IMG/VR virus record: IMGVR_UViG_3300018430_001101
Coordinates: 1 to 64,000 of that record
Length of the DNA stretch: 64,000 nt
DNA from: a virus
Direction: 5' to 3' (one strand)
Below the pieces are notes generated by a model, which made no database searches, was not told the DNA's origin, and saw nothing but the letters and a program-made list of their open reading frames with translations. The position numbers and the translations under genes are program-made. Positions 43,971-54,010 of the stretch are shown here, piece after piece (position 1 is the stretch's first letter; every line of letters starts with the position of its first letter).

Positions 43971-44662
43971 GTACTTTGCCTCCTCTCCCTTTCCATTTCT
44001 GTGTTCAGTTTATGCATCATTCTTGAATCCCCCATTCCTGCATTTAAAAGCCTGATCTGCCCCTCCAATGCCCGAAGCACTTCTTTCCGTATCCCGTTGA
44101 TGTCCCGGTCGTAGATCCTCCCCTTCCCCGGATTGTCCTCCCGGATGCTCCGGTAGGTCCTGCGCTTCACAAAGAGGTTCCTGAAAAACCACCGCTCCTT
44201 TGAGGACATCCTCTCCTGCATCGCGGCTTCCACGATCCCGATCTTCCACTCGGCATACGCCAGCTCCTCCACGTTCCTTGCCGCCTCCCATTCGAGCTGC
44301 TTCTGCCGCTTCTCCACATACCCGGATGCCAGCTTCTCCGCGATCCTCGCCGTCTGGTCGGACTGGTTGCTGGTCTGCACGTGCTCCCCTCCTGATCCCG
44401 GGGTGATGGATAAAAGCTCCTCGATCGCCATGTCCTTTGTGAACACCTGGCGATGTGCGAGGAGCTTCCTGATGTTGTCCCGTGTGGTGATAAGGTTCCC
44501 GTATGTCCTTGCGAGGTGCAGCGCGGCGGCAGGGAAGTCAATAGTCGGGGGCTGTTCCGATCCTTCGGCTGTTCCTGAGTCACTGTAATTGTCCATGATT
44601 CTTTCAGGTGCCATATTGTCTGTATCGCTCATCCTGCCGCCCTCCTTCCCGGCATATTCCAA
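43967..44662 (-). CDS. Putative transcriptional regulator (sigma-like C-terminus), hypothetical
   Basis: 4-nt overlap with downstream ArpU-like gene; C-terminal DINGIRKEVLRAL. Confidence 0.35.
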   Translation of the reverse strand: MEYAGKEGGRMSDTDNMAPERIMDNYSDSGTAEGSEQPPTIDFPAAALHLARTYGNLITTRDNIRKLLAHRQVFTKDMAIEELLSITPGSGGEHVQTSNQSDQTARIAEKLASGYVEKRQKQLEWEAARNVEELAYAEWKIGIVEAAMQERMSSKERWFFRNLFVKRRTYRSIREDNPGKGRIYDRDINGIRKEVLRALEGQIRLLNAGMGDSRMMHKLNTEMERERRQST

Positions 44663-44702
44663 ACTGTGCCCAACACTGCATCCAACGCCGCAGGAAAGCT
44701 GG

Positions 44703-46211
44703 TCACCTCAGCCTCGCCCTGACCGCGGCGATCAGCTTCTCCTGCGTCACGTCCTTGTTTGACAGCGCCGCCAGCACGTCCTCGTCCACCGTATCCTTCG
44801 TGATGATATGGTGGACAGTTACGACCTCGCGCTGCCCCTGCCGCCAGAGCCTGGCATTCGTCTGCTGGTACAGTTCGAGAGACCAGGTAAGACCGAACCA
44901 GATCAGGATGTGCCCGCCGTCCTGGATGTTCAGTCCGTGGCCGGCCGATGCCGGATGTATCAGGGCGATTGGTATGGATCCTCTGTTCCAGTCCTGGATG
45001 TCCTGCGACTCTTTCAAGTCTCTCACTTCCGCCTCGCCGCCGCCAGTGGTTCTGGCAGATCCACTGCCTCCCGTGGTTCTGGCAGATACCGCAGAACTGG
45101 ATCCGACAGACACAGCGTCTCCCGCAGAAACGGCGGAAACGGAAGACCCTGGTACGCAGTACCCGAGGCTCGCCAGCCGTTCGAGGATCCGCATCCTGTC
45201 GTGTTTGAACCAGTATGCGATAAGCACTGGCTGGCCGTTCGCGGCTTCGATAAGATCCTCCAGCATGTCCAGCTTCCGGTCATGGATAAGGCGAGGATTC
45301 TTATTCTCGTCATAGACCGCGCCGTTCGCCATCTGCAGGAGCTTGTTGGAAAGGGATGCCGCGTTCGCCGCGTCGATGTCCTCGTCCTCCAAAGGGATGA
45401 TCAGGTCATCCCTCAGCTGCTCATACAGTTTCTTCTCCTTCTCATCCATGGAAACGGGATGGCTCGCGTAGACGATGTCCGGCATGTGGAGGTAATCCAG
45501 TGCCTTCATCGAGATCGTGATGTCGGAAATGCGGTTATAGATCTGCTCCTCCGCGCCCGGCTTCGGCCTGTACTGGAACACAACCCCCGTCTGCGGGTTC
45601 AGGGAGGCCGCAGTGAAGTACGCCTCCCTGTATCGCCCGATGAACTTGCCCAGCCTCTCTCCGCCGTCGAGGATCCCGATCTCCGCCCACAGGTCCATCA
45701 GCCCGTTGGATGCCGGGGTCCCCGTGAGCCCTACCCAGCGCCGCACGAACGGGCGCACCTTCCGCAGCCACCTGAACCTTTGGCTCTGGTGGTTCTTGAA
45801 GGACGACAGCTCGTCGATCACCACCATGTCGAAAGGCCACCTCATGCCGTTCGACTCGTAATAGTTCACGAGCCACTTCACGTTCTCACGGTTGATCACG
45901 TAGATAAGCGCGCCGTGGTTTACTGCCGCCACCCGCTGCTTCGTATCGCCCACGATGACCGAGATGTCGAGTTCATGCAGGTGATCCCACTTAAGGACCT
46001 CTGCGGGCCATGTGTCCCGGGCCACCCGGAGCGGCGCGATAACCAGGGCTTTTGAAACTTCGAGATCGTCCAGCATCAGGTCGCGCAGTGCGGTCAAGCT
46101 AATAATTGTCTTTCCTCAGCCGAGGCCCATGTCAAGAAACAGGGCGGACACTGGATGCGACTTTATGTAGTCAATGCAGTGCCGCTGATAATCATGCGGC
46201 ATGAACTTCAC
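44703..46211 (-). CDS. SNF2-family helicase; reading frame contains an in-frame TGA (46116-46118) inside the P-loop (DMGLG-TGA-GKTIISL)
   Basis: GTG start at 46211 after AAGGAGGTG; N-terminus MKFMPHDYQ (SNF2 Q-motif); motifs Ia LVIAPLRVARDTW, II VIDELSSF, III LTGTPASN. Confidence 0.7.
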
Positions 46212-46291
46212 CGGGCATCACCTCCTTTCGTTACTTTTACTCATTCTGTTCTCCATCACTTCCCGCCATCAAACGACACCACGGTGATGCA

Positions 46292-47023
46292 TTAAAACGG
46301 CAGGTCATCATTCGGACCATCCGCCCTGAACGGGCAGTAATCGGGGGAACTTATGCCTTCGCCCCAGGGATCGTAATGACGGCCGGCAGCGTGTGGGCAT
46401 CCGTTCGTGCGGCCCGCCTCGCAGGTATCGCAGTAGCAGCCGCCCTCTCCTCTGTCTCCACCATCTTCACCACCGTCTCTGCGATCTTCACCGCCGTCTC
46501 CATCACCAGAGTCATCGTCCAGATCAAAAAACCCCGCCAGGTCGGCAGGGTCAATCGGCTCCAGCGTTTCTCCGTAGTCAGTCAGGTCCATCATGTCATC
46601 CGTCTCCCCGCCATCCGGCATGCCGTGGCTGTCTGTTTTCACGCCTCCACGGGTGTCGTGAGCACGGGATCCGGTTGGCAGCGTGGACGCCTCCAGCTCC
46701 GGCACCTTTGCCCCGATTCCCTCTGGGAACGGCTCCCCGGGATTCCATGTAAGGATCGCCTCGATAGCGGGCCTGATCTGCGTCACCCGGTCGATGCACA
46801 GCACAGGGAAACCCAGTGCCATGAGCTGGAGCCTACGCTTCCTCTGGAGTGGCCGCAGCATCTTCCCGGGCGCTTTAAGCTCGACGAACACAGTCTTAGC
46901 CGGGAAAAACAGGACAAGGCGGTCAGGGAGGCCATTGGCTGTCTGGCTTGTGAGCTTGTATGCCACGCCTCCCGCCTTGCGGACGGCCTTCACGAACTCA
47001 TTCTCAACAACGTATTCCCTCAT
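46292..47023 (-). CDS. VRR-NUC domain nuclease with Asp/Gly-rich tail and Cys cluster
   Basis: VRR-NUC pattern ...GLPDRLVLFFPAKTVFVELKAPGK...; C-terminal CYCDTCEAGRTNGCPH. Confidence 0.7.
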   Translation of the reverse strand: MREYVVENEFVKAVRKAGGVAYKLTSQTANGLPDRLVLFFPAKTVFVELKAPGKMLRPLQRKRRLQLMALGFPVLCIDRVTQIRPAIEAILTWNPGEPFPEGIGAKVPELEASTLPTGSRAHDTRGGVKTDSHGMPDGGETDDMMDLTDYGETLEPIDPADLAGFFDLDDDSGDGDGGEDRRDGGEDGGDRGEGGCYCDTCEAGRTNGCPHAAGRHYDPWGEGISSPDYCPFRADGPNDDLPF

Positions 47024-47310
47024 CCTGCGCCTCCCTCGCTGCCGCTTTCATCGTCTCCGGCCCTCATCCGTTCCATCGCCTCATGCCGCTCAATTATCCG
47101 GATGAGCCGCTTCCTGCGCTGCTCCAATGCTGCAGCTGTGCTCCGCCTATCCTTCCTGTTCTGTCCTTCGTTCCTATCATGTCCGTCCTTCCTGCTCTTC
47201 ATCACGTTTCTGATGGCGTTCATCTCCGTGAAGTTGGCGTATGGCTTATCCCCATACAGCCAGCTGTACCTGCTGTTCCTCCTGGCGACTCTGTTTACTT
47301 CCTTGCTCAC
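47020..47310 (-). CDS. Hypothetical basic protein
   Basis: 96 aa, 4-nt overlap with VRR-NUC start. Confidence 0.35.
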   Translation of the reverse strand: MSKEVNRVARRNSRYSWLYGDKPYANFTEMNAIRNVMKSRKDGHDRNEGQNRKDRRSTAAALEQRRKRLIRIIERHEAMERMRAGDDESGSEGGAG

Positions 47311-47440
47311 GCGCTCTCACCCCGCTTCCATCCGTCCCCTGCGGCAGGGTATTCTCCAGCCTTGGTCGGTCTTACAGCGGCAGCCAATGGCACTGTGGAT
47401 AACCTCCCACGCATTGTTGCCACCAGCCGGAAACCACGGC

Positions 47441-48532
47441 TCACCTGTTCACCTCCCGCCAAATGGCGTCAGGCATGGTCGCGACCTGCCAGCCGATCCC
47501 TTCCAGGACCGTCGCACGGTCATAGGACTCAATATCCTGGGATGCGCGGGTGATTGCATTGGACAGTCCGTATTTACTCAGGTCGCCGCCCTGGATCAGG
47601 TATTTCAGGATGCTGTCCTGCTCCGTCTGGCCAAGCCCGTATTCCTTCCCGGTCAGCTCCACCACGTCCTGCACGCGCCCCGTCATGGGGATCCTGGTGG
47701 ATTCCCTGAGCTTCCCAACGATCTGAGCGAAGCGGCTCTCCTCGATTGCCGCCATAGCCACGTCCCGGAGTTTGAGGAGGAACGCCCTGTCTTCCGCTTC
47801 CCTGGTGGCGTCACTGTAGATCTCCAGGCTTTCCTCGATGGACTTTGCGGCCCGCCCCACGTGCATCTTCCGCTCCCCGAAGTCCTGTACGCACATGCCG
47901 TTCGTGCAGACCAGCCTGTATACCAGCGGCTGCACGGAGACCGCGCCAAGCCCCACTTCAGAGTTTGAGATCATGACGCCTGCCTGCACGATATCCCCGG
48001 GCACGACTTCCATTTCGAGCCGTTTGTTGAGGATCTTCAGATACAGCTTCGAATCAGTTACCTCGGCACTGTGGACTTCATACTGGTCGGATCCTGCGAA
48101 CAGCGGGAGGACCGCCCCCGCGACCTCAAGGTTGTCGATCCTGCGATACCGGTCGGAGAGCAGTGCCCTCGCCGTCTGCCCGCGCTCGTCTGTAAGCGAC
48201 CGCACCATGTAGTTGTTGTCCCGGTCGCCGAACCACGCGTTGACGTTTTCCGCCAGCAGGCCCGGCTTCTCCTTCTGCATCACGTCGTAGTACTTTGCCG
48301 GAATGCCCAGTGCCGTCGCAACCTGCCTGTGGAAAAGCCCCGTCGTATCAAACATCTCCCGGTCGCCAGAGGATGCGTGGCGGACCTCGAACGTCCTGCC
48401 GTCATCCTGCAGGCGCATCCCCGCGCCAGGCGCGATGAAGTCCTTCTTCGCCCTGTTCTGCCTGTCCAGCTCCTGCATCACCTCTGTAAGGCTCCTTCCT
48501 GCCTTCATATGCCTTTTACCTTGTCCTTTCAC
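47441..48532 (-). CDS. DUF932-like phage/plasmid protein
   Basis: 363 aa; resemblance to DUF932 family from memory; position within replication module. Confidence 0.4.
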   Translation of the reverse strand: MKGQGKRHMKAGRSLTEVMQELDRQNRAKKDFIAPGAGMRLQDDGRTFEVRHASSGDREMFDTTGLFHRQVATALGIPAKYYDVMQKEKPGLLAENVNAWFGDRDNNYMVRSLTDERGQTARALLSDRYRRIDNLEVAGAVLPLFAGSDQYEVHSAEVTDSKLYLKILNKRLEMEVVPGDIVQAGVMISNSEVGLGAVSVQPLVYRLVCTNGMCVQDFGERKMHVGRAAKSIEESLEIYSDATREAEDRAFLLKLRDVAMAAIEESRFAQIVGKLRESTRIPMTGRVQDVVELTGKEYGLGQTEQDSILKYLIQGGDLSKYGLSNAITRASQDIESYDRATVLEGIGWQVATMPDAIWREVNR

Positions 48533-48605
48533 TTATACTGCTCTTATCTCTTCTTACTGCTCTGAGCTTCTTGCCGCTGTGCCTCTTACTGCTGTGCCTC
48601 CTGGG

Positions 48606-48944
48606 CTATCCCCGCCCCTGCAGCTTCTTCTCCTGTTTCCTCCTGAGCTTTTTGATCCGCTCCCTGGCCTTCTCCTTCTCAACCCTGACCGTGTTCTCCG
48701 TGACCGCCCGGATGAGGCTGTCCGGGGCGATGTCCGTTAACGCCTCATACCAGTCAGAATAGAAAAAGTCCTCCAGTTTCTCTTTCTCCCAGGAGAGGTG
48801 CCTCCTCGCAGTGCGGGAGGAGGCGTGGAGCATCTTCCTGATGACATCGGAGTAGTCTTCAGCCGCCAGCTGGATGACCGCGCCCGCCAGGAGCAGGTAT
48901 CCCTCGTCTCCGATCTCCGAGAGACGGTTCTGCTCAACTGTCAT
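48606..48944 (-). CDS. Hypothetical protein
   Basis: ORF 48606..49007 with internal start MTVEQNRL. Confidence 0.35.
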   Translation of the reverse strand: MTVEQNRLSEIGDEGYLLLAGAVIQLAAEDYSDVIRKMLHASSRTARRHLSWEKEKLEDFFYSDWYEALTDIAPDSLIRAVTENTVRVEKEKARERIKKLRRKQEKKLQGRG

Positions 48945-49491
48945 CAATACCTCCGTTCGCGTCTTCACCATCCGGCTCGTCCCATTCATCCGTCTTGTCC
49001 CATTCATCTGATTCTCCAGAGATTCCCGGAACGTTTGTACAGATCCTGCCGTTCCTGATCTCCTGCTCTATGTAGGCGAGTTCCTGAAGCTCCTCGATAT
49101 CGCCACTGTGGGCATCAAAAAAGGAATCCTCCGCCTTCCCGGCATCCAGGACTCCTACCTGCTCCAGCGCCGGCCTGTACTTCCTGATCAGGTCGAACCG
49201 TTCCCTATTTACCACCCTCTCCAAAGCATCGATGCGCCCCTTCTCCACATCGGCCTTCTTCCTGTAGAACGGACACGGCCGCGTATAGCCGTATCCGTCC
49301 TCCGCAGGTTCCAGCGCATCGCACAAGCCTCCGGTATTTGCAAAGCATGCGGCCGCCTTACACTTCCGCTGTTCCTTTACTTTCCTTCCCACATCTTTTG
49401 TCCTCCTCGTATGTTGTCCTCTGCCTCCATCTCTGCTGCCTCTGTCGCTTCCACCGCTTTCCCGCACCACACTGTGGAAAACTCCTGACAC
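48934..49491 (-). CDS. Hypothetical Cys-containing protein
   Basis: 185-aa ORF. Confidence 0.35.
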   Translation of the reverse strand: MSGVFHSVVRESGGSDRGSRDGGRGQHTRRTKDVGRKVKEQRKCKAAACFANTGGLCDALEPAEDGYGYTRPCPFYRKKADVEKGRIDALERVVNRERFDLIRKYRPALEQVGVLDAGKAEDSFFDAHSGDIEELQELAYIEQEIRNGRICTNVPGISGESDEWDKTDEWDEPDGEDANGGIDDS

Positions 49492-49551
49492 GCTGTCACA
49501 GCAAGTCCCGCCACAGAGTATGGTGAGAAGAGCGGAGTGCGGAGAGCGTGA

Positions 49552-49905
49552 TCACAGCACATCGTTGCACATCTTCCAGATGCCCTTGCAAGCCTCAAGT
49601 AGCTTCTTCCGGTCCAGCCTGGACGCGGACAGGAGGTTCTCCATCGCCTCCGCTTCCTCCCGGATGTCGCAAAGCAGCCTCCTCTGGTCGTCCTGCCCTT
49701 CTTCCAGCGCCCTCTTGTAATCGTCCCTGTCTTCCTCAAGCTCCTCAATGGCTTCCTCAGCAGTCCGCTGCCAGTAGATCGCATAGTCACCAAATTCATC
49801 CCCGATGTAGTCCCTGACAAGACCAACCAGGTCGCCGAACTCCGTCACAAGGTGTTTCGTGCCGTCCCACGCTTCGAGATACTGGATATCATCCATCTGC
49901 ATCAC
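49552..49905 (-). CDS. Hypothetical acidic protein
   Basis: 117-aa ORF. Confidence 0.4.
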   Translation of the reverse strand: MMQMDDIQYLEAWDGTKHLVTEFGDLVGLVRDYIGDEFGDYAIYWQRTAEEAIEELEEDRDDYKRALEEGQDDQRRLLCDIREEAEAMENLLSASRLDRKKLLEACKGIWKMCNDVL

Positions 49906-50038
49906 CTCCTGTTTTCTCCGCTGCTATACTACTGTGCTCCTCTGCCGAGCATCAACTCCGGCACTGTCATCACTGCTGTCGTCCGTCCCGGCGCATAAAT
50001 ATACGCCTTTTATGCATATGCACAGCCACGCCGGCACC

Positions 50039-52450
50039 TCAGTCTTTGAAATAGTACTTGGGTGCCAGGTAGCCTGCGGCGGCCAATGGCAGCCCCTCTG
50101 CCCATGCCGGATTCTGGCTCATGATCTCGCATACCTCGTCCACCGTGATGCTCCCCACAGGCACTTCGAGGATCACCTCGTCATGCACGTGGGCGACGAT
50201 GGGAAGGCCCGCCTGCTCCATCCTCCACATGGCTTCCGCAAGGATGTCGCGGGCGATTGCCTGCGTTGCATTTTCAACCAACTTCCCAGAGTACGTCTCT
50301 AAACGATCCCACTTGTTCGCCGCATTTACGCCCATGTACGTCAGGCTCATGCGCCCGAACTTGTTAGGCTCCTTCTTGGGAACCATATAAGCAAGGCCCC
50401 TGCCCGACGGCAGTTTCATCCACAGGACTCCCCTGTCCTTTCGGAAGCTGATGCGCCCCACCCGATGCTCCTCTTTATCACCGAGTGCCTGTAGTGCCGC
50501 CCTCTCTACGCCCCACCAGTATTGGACGATATTCGGGTTGGCGCTCCGCCAGTCATCGATCAGCCCCTGCAGCTCTTCTTCCTTCACGCCCATGTCCAAT
50601 GCGCCCATGGATTTCAACGCGCCAACGGATCCGCCGTAACCGCACGCGAGTTCTGCGACCTTCCCACGTTGTCTTAACTCCCCGTTCACTCCGTGCTTGA
50701 CCACGGGCACCCCGAACATCTGCGACGCTGAAGCGCAGTAGATGTCCTCGCCGTTCACGAACGCTTCCAGCCTCCACTGCTCCCCGGCTTCCCAGGCAAG
50801 GACTCTGGCCTCGATGGCGCTGAAATCCGCCACGATGAACTCGCATCCCGGCTTCGGAACCAGCATCGTCCGACACAGCTGTGAGAGGATGTCCGGCGCA
50901 TTCCCGTAGATGGTTTCGACCATCTCGATCTCGCCCATCTTCACTAATTCTCTTGCTTCATCGAGGGTGTTGATCTCGTTCCTTACGAGATTTTGTAATT
51001 GAATATTCCTGCCTGAATTTGAAACGACTCGCCCATTTGCCATGAAACGGTTATGCGGTCCCGCGTTGATGATGTCATACGTCCTCATTTTCTCGTGGTC
51101 ATCTTCCGCAGCTCCTTCTACAGCACCGTCCGCAGTGACTGCTGCCTGGATTCCACCGTGGATGACATTCCCACGCCAGATCCTGCGCCTCATTCTTTTT
51201 GCGTCAACCAGTGTGATTTCTGTACTCTCGTCCACATACACCATGTGGTCTTCGGTAGCCGTGATTCCGTCCCAGGTGATTACATCTTTTTCACCGCTGT
51301 AGAACACGCCTTCGTGGTGCACCCACTCGCAGCCGTCGTACACGGCGTCCGACAGCAGCACATCCTCGATTGGTTTCTCATAGATCGCTCCTTCCGCTGT
51401 CCTGACGAGAACCGGAGTACCCTCTGCAAGACACCACCGCTGTGTCCTGTTCGCCCCGGAGAACTGGAACAGGCCTCTTGCTCTTCCGTCTTTGCATGTG
51501 CATCGCTCCGCCGCCTGGTATTTCTTAACGCTGCTCTTCGCCATCTGTAGTCTCAGCTTCAGCATCTCCAGGGCCTCGGAATCCAGAGATCCCTTCTCCA
51601 GGTTCCGGATCATCGCCGCTACGTCCTTCTTTCCGAGCGTGCCTATCTCTACGCCCCGCTCGTTCAGCCAGGACTTGAGCTGGGACACTGAATTCGGGTT
51701 CTCCAATCCCGTTAATTCGTATGCCCTTTTTGTCATGGCATCGGAAAGCAACAGGTCGCATTCGATGGCCTTCTCCACAAGCTCTGTGTCGATCATGACT
51801 CCCCGGTCATTGATCCGCTGGTCCATGTGGTAAAAGTTCCACTCTGCATCGACCAGAGGGAACCGCTCTATCTTCTTCCTGATATCACGTTCCGTCCTGA
51901 CGTCCTGCCGGCAGTATTCCTTGAACTTCGCCCAGCCTTCCGGGTCATGCTCCGGCAGGTTCCGCGTCCTGCCCCCGTTCGCCTTCGTGGGCTTGCAGGG
52001 GACAGAAAAGTACCGGATCAAAGCTTCGCCTGCCTTGTCCTTCTGCTCTCCTGTCTTCAGCACCGCCGCAGCGTTCTTGAGGGCGAGAGGAAGGGACAGG
52101 GACGCCGCGTGGGCCATCGTGCAGAACCATGAATCCGGTTCCAGCTTCCTGCCAAGGTACTGCGACAGGCATGTCCGCTCGAACTGCGCGTTCCATGCGG
52201 CTTTTTTAACGCCCGGGTCATCCAAGGCATCAAGCACGGGCTGCGGAATCGGCTCACCGCAGGCCATGTCCACGATCTGCACTTCCTCGTCGTCAAACGC
52301 ATAGGCGAGCATCAGGATGTGGAAGTCTCCTTCAACGTAGCGGAACACACCGCATTTCGTCAGGTCGACGTCAGAATACGTTTCCAAGTCCAAGGATAGT
52401 ACGCTGCAATTATCGTCCCCCGCCATATCTTCACCTCCATCATCTTCCAT
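50039..52450 (-). CDS. Family-A DNA polymerase (3'-5' exonuclease + polymerase) interrupted by a mini-intein
   Basis: Exo I LSLDLETYS; polymerase motif A DFSAIEARVLA; motif C HVHDEVILE; O-helix-region RTQRW|intein|SGRNIQLQNL. Confidence 0.9.
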   Translation of the reverse strand: MEDDGGEDMAGDDNCSVLSLDLETYSDVDLTKCGVFRYVEGDFHILMLAYAFDDEEVQIVDMACGEPIPQPVLDALDDPGVKKAAWNAQFERTCLSQYLGRKLEPDSWFCTMAHAASLSLPLALKNAAAVLKTGEQKDKAGEALIRYFSVPCKPTKANGGRTRNLPEHDPEGWAKFKEYCRQDVRTERDIRKKIERFPLVDAEWNFYHMDQRINDRGVMIDTELVEKAIECDLLLSDAMTKRAYELTGLENPNSVSQLKSWLNERGVEIGTLGKKDVAAMIRNLEKGSLDSEALEMLKLRLQMAKSSVKKYQAAERCTCKDGRARGLFQFSGANRTQRWCLAEGTPVLVRTAEGAIYEKPIEDVLLSDAVYDGCEWVHHEGVFYSGEKDVITWDGITATEDHMVYVDESTEITLVDAKRMRRRIWRGNVIHGGIQAAVTADGAVEGAAEDDHEKMRTYDIINAGPHNRFMANGRVVSNSGRNIQLQNLVRNEINTLDEARELVKMGEIEMVETIYGNAPDILSQLCRTMLVPKPGCEFIVADFSAIEARVLAWEAGEQWRLEAFVNGEDIYCASASQMFGVPVVKHGVNGELRQRGKVAELACGYGGSVGALKSMGALDMGVKEEELQGLIDDWRSANPNIVQYWWGVERAALQALGDKEEHRVGRISFRKDRGVLWMKLPSGRGLAYMVPKKEPNKFGRMSLTYMGVNAANKWDRLETYSGKLVENATQAIARDILAEAMWRMEQAGLPIVAHVHDEVILEVPVGSITVDEVCEIMSQNPAWAEGLPLAAAGYLAPKYYFKD
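51017..51433 (-). mobile_element. Mini-intein (139 aa, no endonuclease domain) in PolA
   Basis: Begins CLAEGTPVLVRTAEG; ends ANGRVVSN followed by Ser (Asn codon 51017-51019 verified). Confidence 0.75.
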
Positions 52451-52837
52451 TCACCATCATCTACTTCCACTATAGTTTCCAGCCAGTAGGAGATGCCCAC
52501 AGGAAGCACTGTCCGCACCACTGTGGACACCCCCACTGGTTTATCTGTTTTCTGTTTCTGCTATGTTCTCGTTCCGCTCTCTTTCTGTATCTTCATCTGG
52601 CTATTTCATCTGGCTATGTCAAGTAATATCAGGCACCTCCCGGGCAGCTGGGGATGCCCACAGCCTGTGCTGCATTCACACCACTGTGGACATCCCGGTC
52701 GTAACTATCCCGGCATCCCTGGCACCGGATCCCTCCGGCACCAGTGTTGGCAATATCCCAACATCACTCCGCCGCGATTGCCCCGGCTCCCGTCTGGGCA
52801 TTACCCCGGGGAAACGGATTCCCTGGGATGCTGAGTA

Positions 52838-53443
52838 TCACCCCAGGAAGTCATCGTCCTCACCAAGCAGCTCCTCATCGTCGATCTCATCGAAGTCAGC
52901 TGCCGCGTTTGCCCTGCCGCTGAGCTTCTCGCCGCTCCTGACGAACTGCACGTTCCCGAGCCCTACGGCCACGCCTCTGTTGCCGTTGGCGTTGAAGGGG
53001 TAGAAGTTTACGGACACGTTGCAGTAGTCGCCGGAGCCGCACTCCATGGGATCCAGGATCGGCTGCACCTTCCGGTCGACGATCTGCGGGGCATCCTTGG
53101 ACGTTGCGTTCAGGAAATAGCATCCCTCGTAGTTCTCGTCATCCGGCCGGTCGATGTCGCCGTCGCGGAGGGGGAGCTTCAGGTTGGGAGGGATCTTCCC
53201 GCCCCATTTCTTCTCCTTGCCCTCAGCCTTCGCCGCCTCGATGGCCTTCTGAACCAGCGCGATGGTCTTCTTGTCCGTCTTCCTGATCAGGCAGGAGACG
53301 GAGTACTTCTCCTCACCCCCATTGATGGATTTAGGCGACCAGATGTTGGCGAAGCTGATCCTCACGTTGGGGAGCACGAGCTTGGTGGGTTTGAAATTCT
53401 TGCCTGCGTTACCTGCGTTACTCGCATTACCTGCATTTGCCAT
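52838..53443 (-). CDS. DUF2815-like phage ssDNA-binding protein candidate
   Basis: N-terminus after ATG 53443 (ANAGNASNAGNAGKNFKPTKLVLPNVRISFANIWSP) resembles DUF2815 family (from memory); in replication module; short Ala/Asn/Gly tandem repeat at N-terminus. Confidence 0.5.
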   Translation of the reverse strand: MANAGNASNAGNAGKNFKPTKLVLPNVRISFANIWSPKSINGGEEKYSVSCLIRKTDKKTIALVQKAIEAAKAEGKEKKWGGKIPPNLKLPLRDGDIDRPDDENYEGCYFLNATSKDAPQIVDRKVQPILDPMECGSGDYCNVSVNFYPFNANGNRGVAVGLGNVQFVRSGEKLSGRANAAADFDEIDDEELLGEDDDFLG

Positions 53444-54010
53444 ATGAAGTCCCTTTCTGCGCGGCAGATGCCACGCATTGACCATTAATACCGGTTCTGC
53501 CTGTGAAAGAAACACACATGATTTGCTGCGTAACAGATGCAAGTTGCCGAGGCATCACCGGTAATAAAACCGTGGCTGATAACCGCTATGGAACTTCATG
53601 TGGGCGACCGAACACTTACCATCGGCACCTCCTTAATCCGGTTAAACAGGTCGTCTCCTGGAAACCAGTTGTCTTCTGTGACTGGTTGAATCCCCGAAAC
53701 CGGGATCCACATTACTGTGGATAACCACATATCATTTTTGGATAACTTTTCCCTGTTTGCGGGCAAAATGTGGATAACTGTCACCCGCCATGTGGATAAC
53801 TCAATTCGTGAAAACGTGTCAAAACCTGCTTTAATGGATCACCTACGACGCATATTTATGCATTTCTGGCGTATATTTATGCGTCTCGTTTTCCGCCTCG
53901 TCCACCTCCTCTCCATCCACTTCTTCGCGGTTTACAAGGACATAGGAGAGACCGAAAAGCGGGTGATCGCGGCATCAAAAAAGCGCCGGATTGTTACTCC
54001 AACGCCATGC

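Noticed and set aside
46116-46118. In-frame TGA in SNF2 helicase as evidence of an alternative genetic code (UGA=Trp/Gly)
   Set aside because: Many neighbouring genes (e.g. terL, the MTase remnant, ImmA) terminate at TGA with correct lengths, so TGA is a stop in this genome. A local event is more likely.
46376-47968. 530-aa plus-strand ORF
   Set aside because: Antisense across VRR-NUC, the 96-aa gene and the DUF932-like gene.
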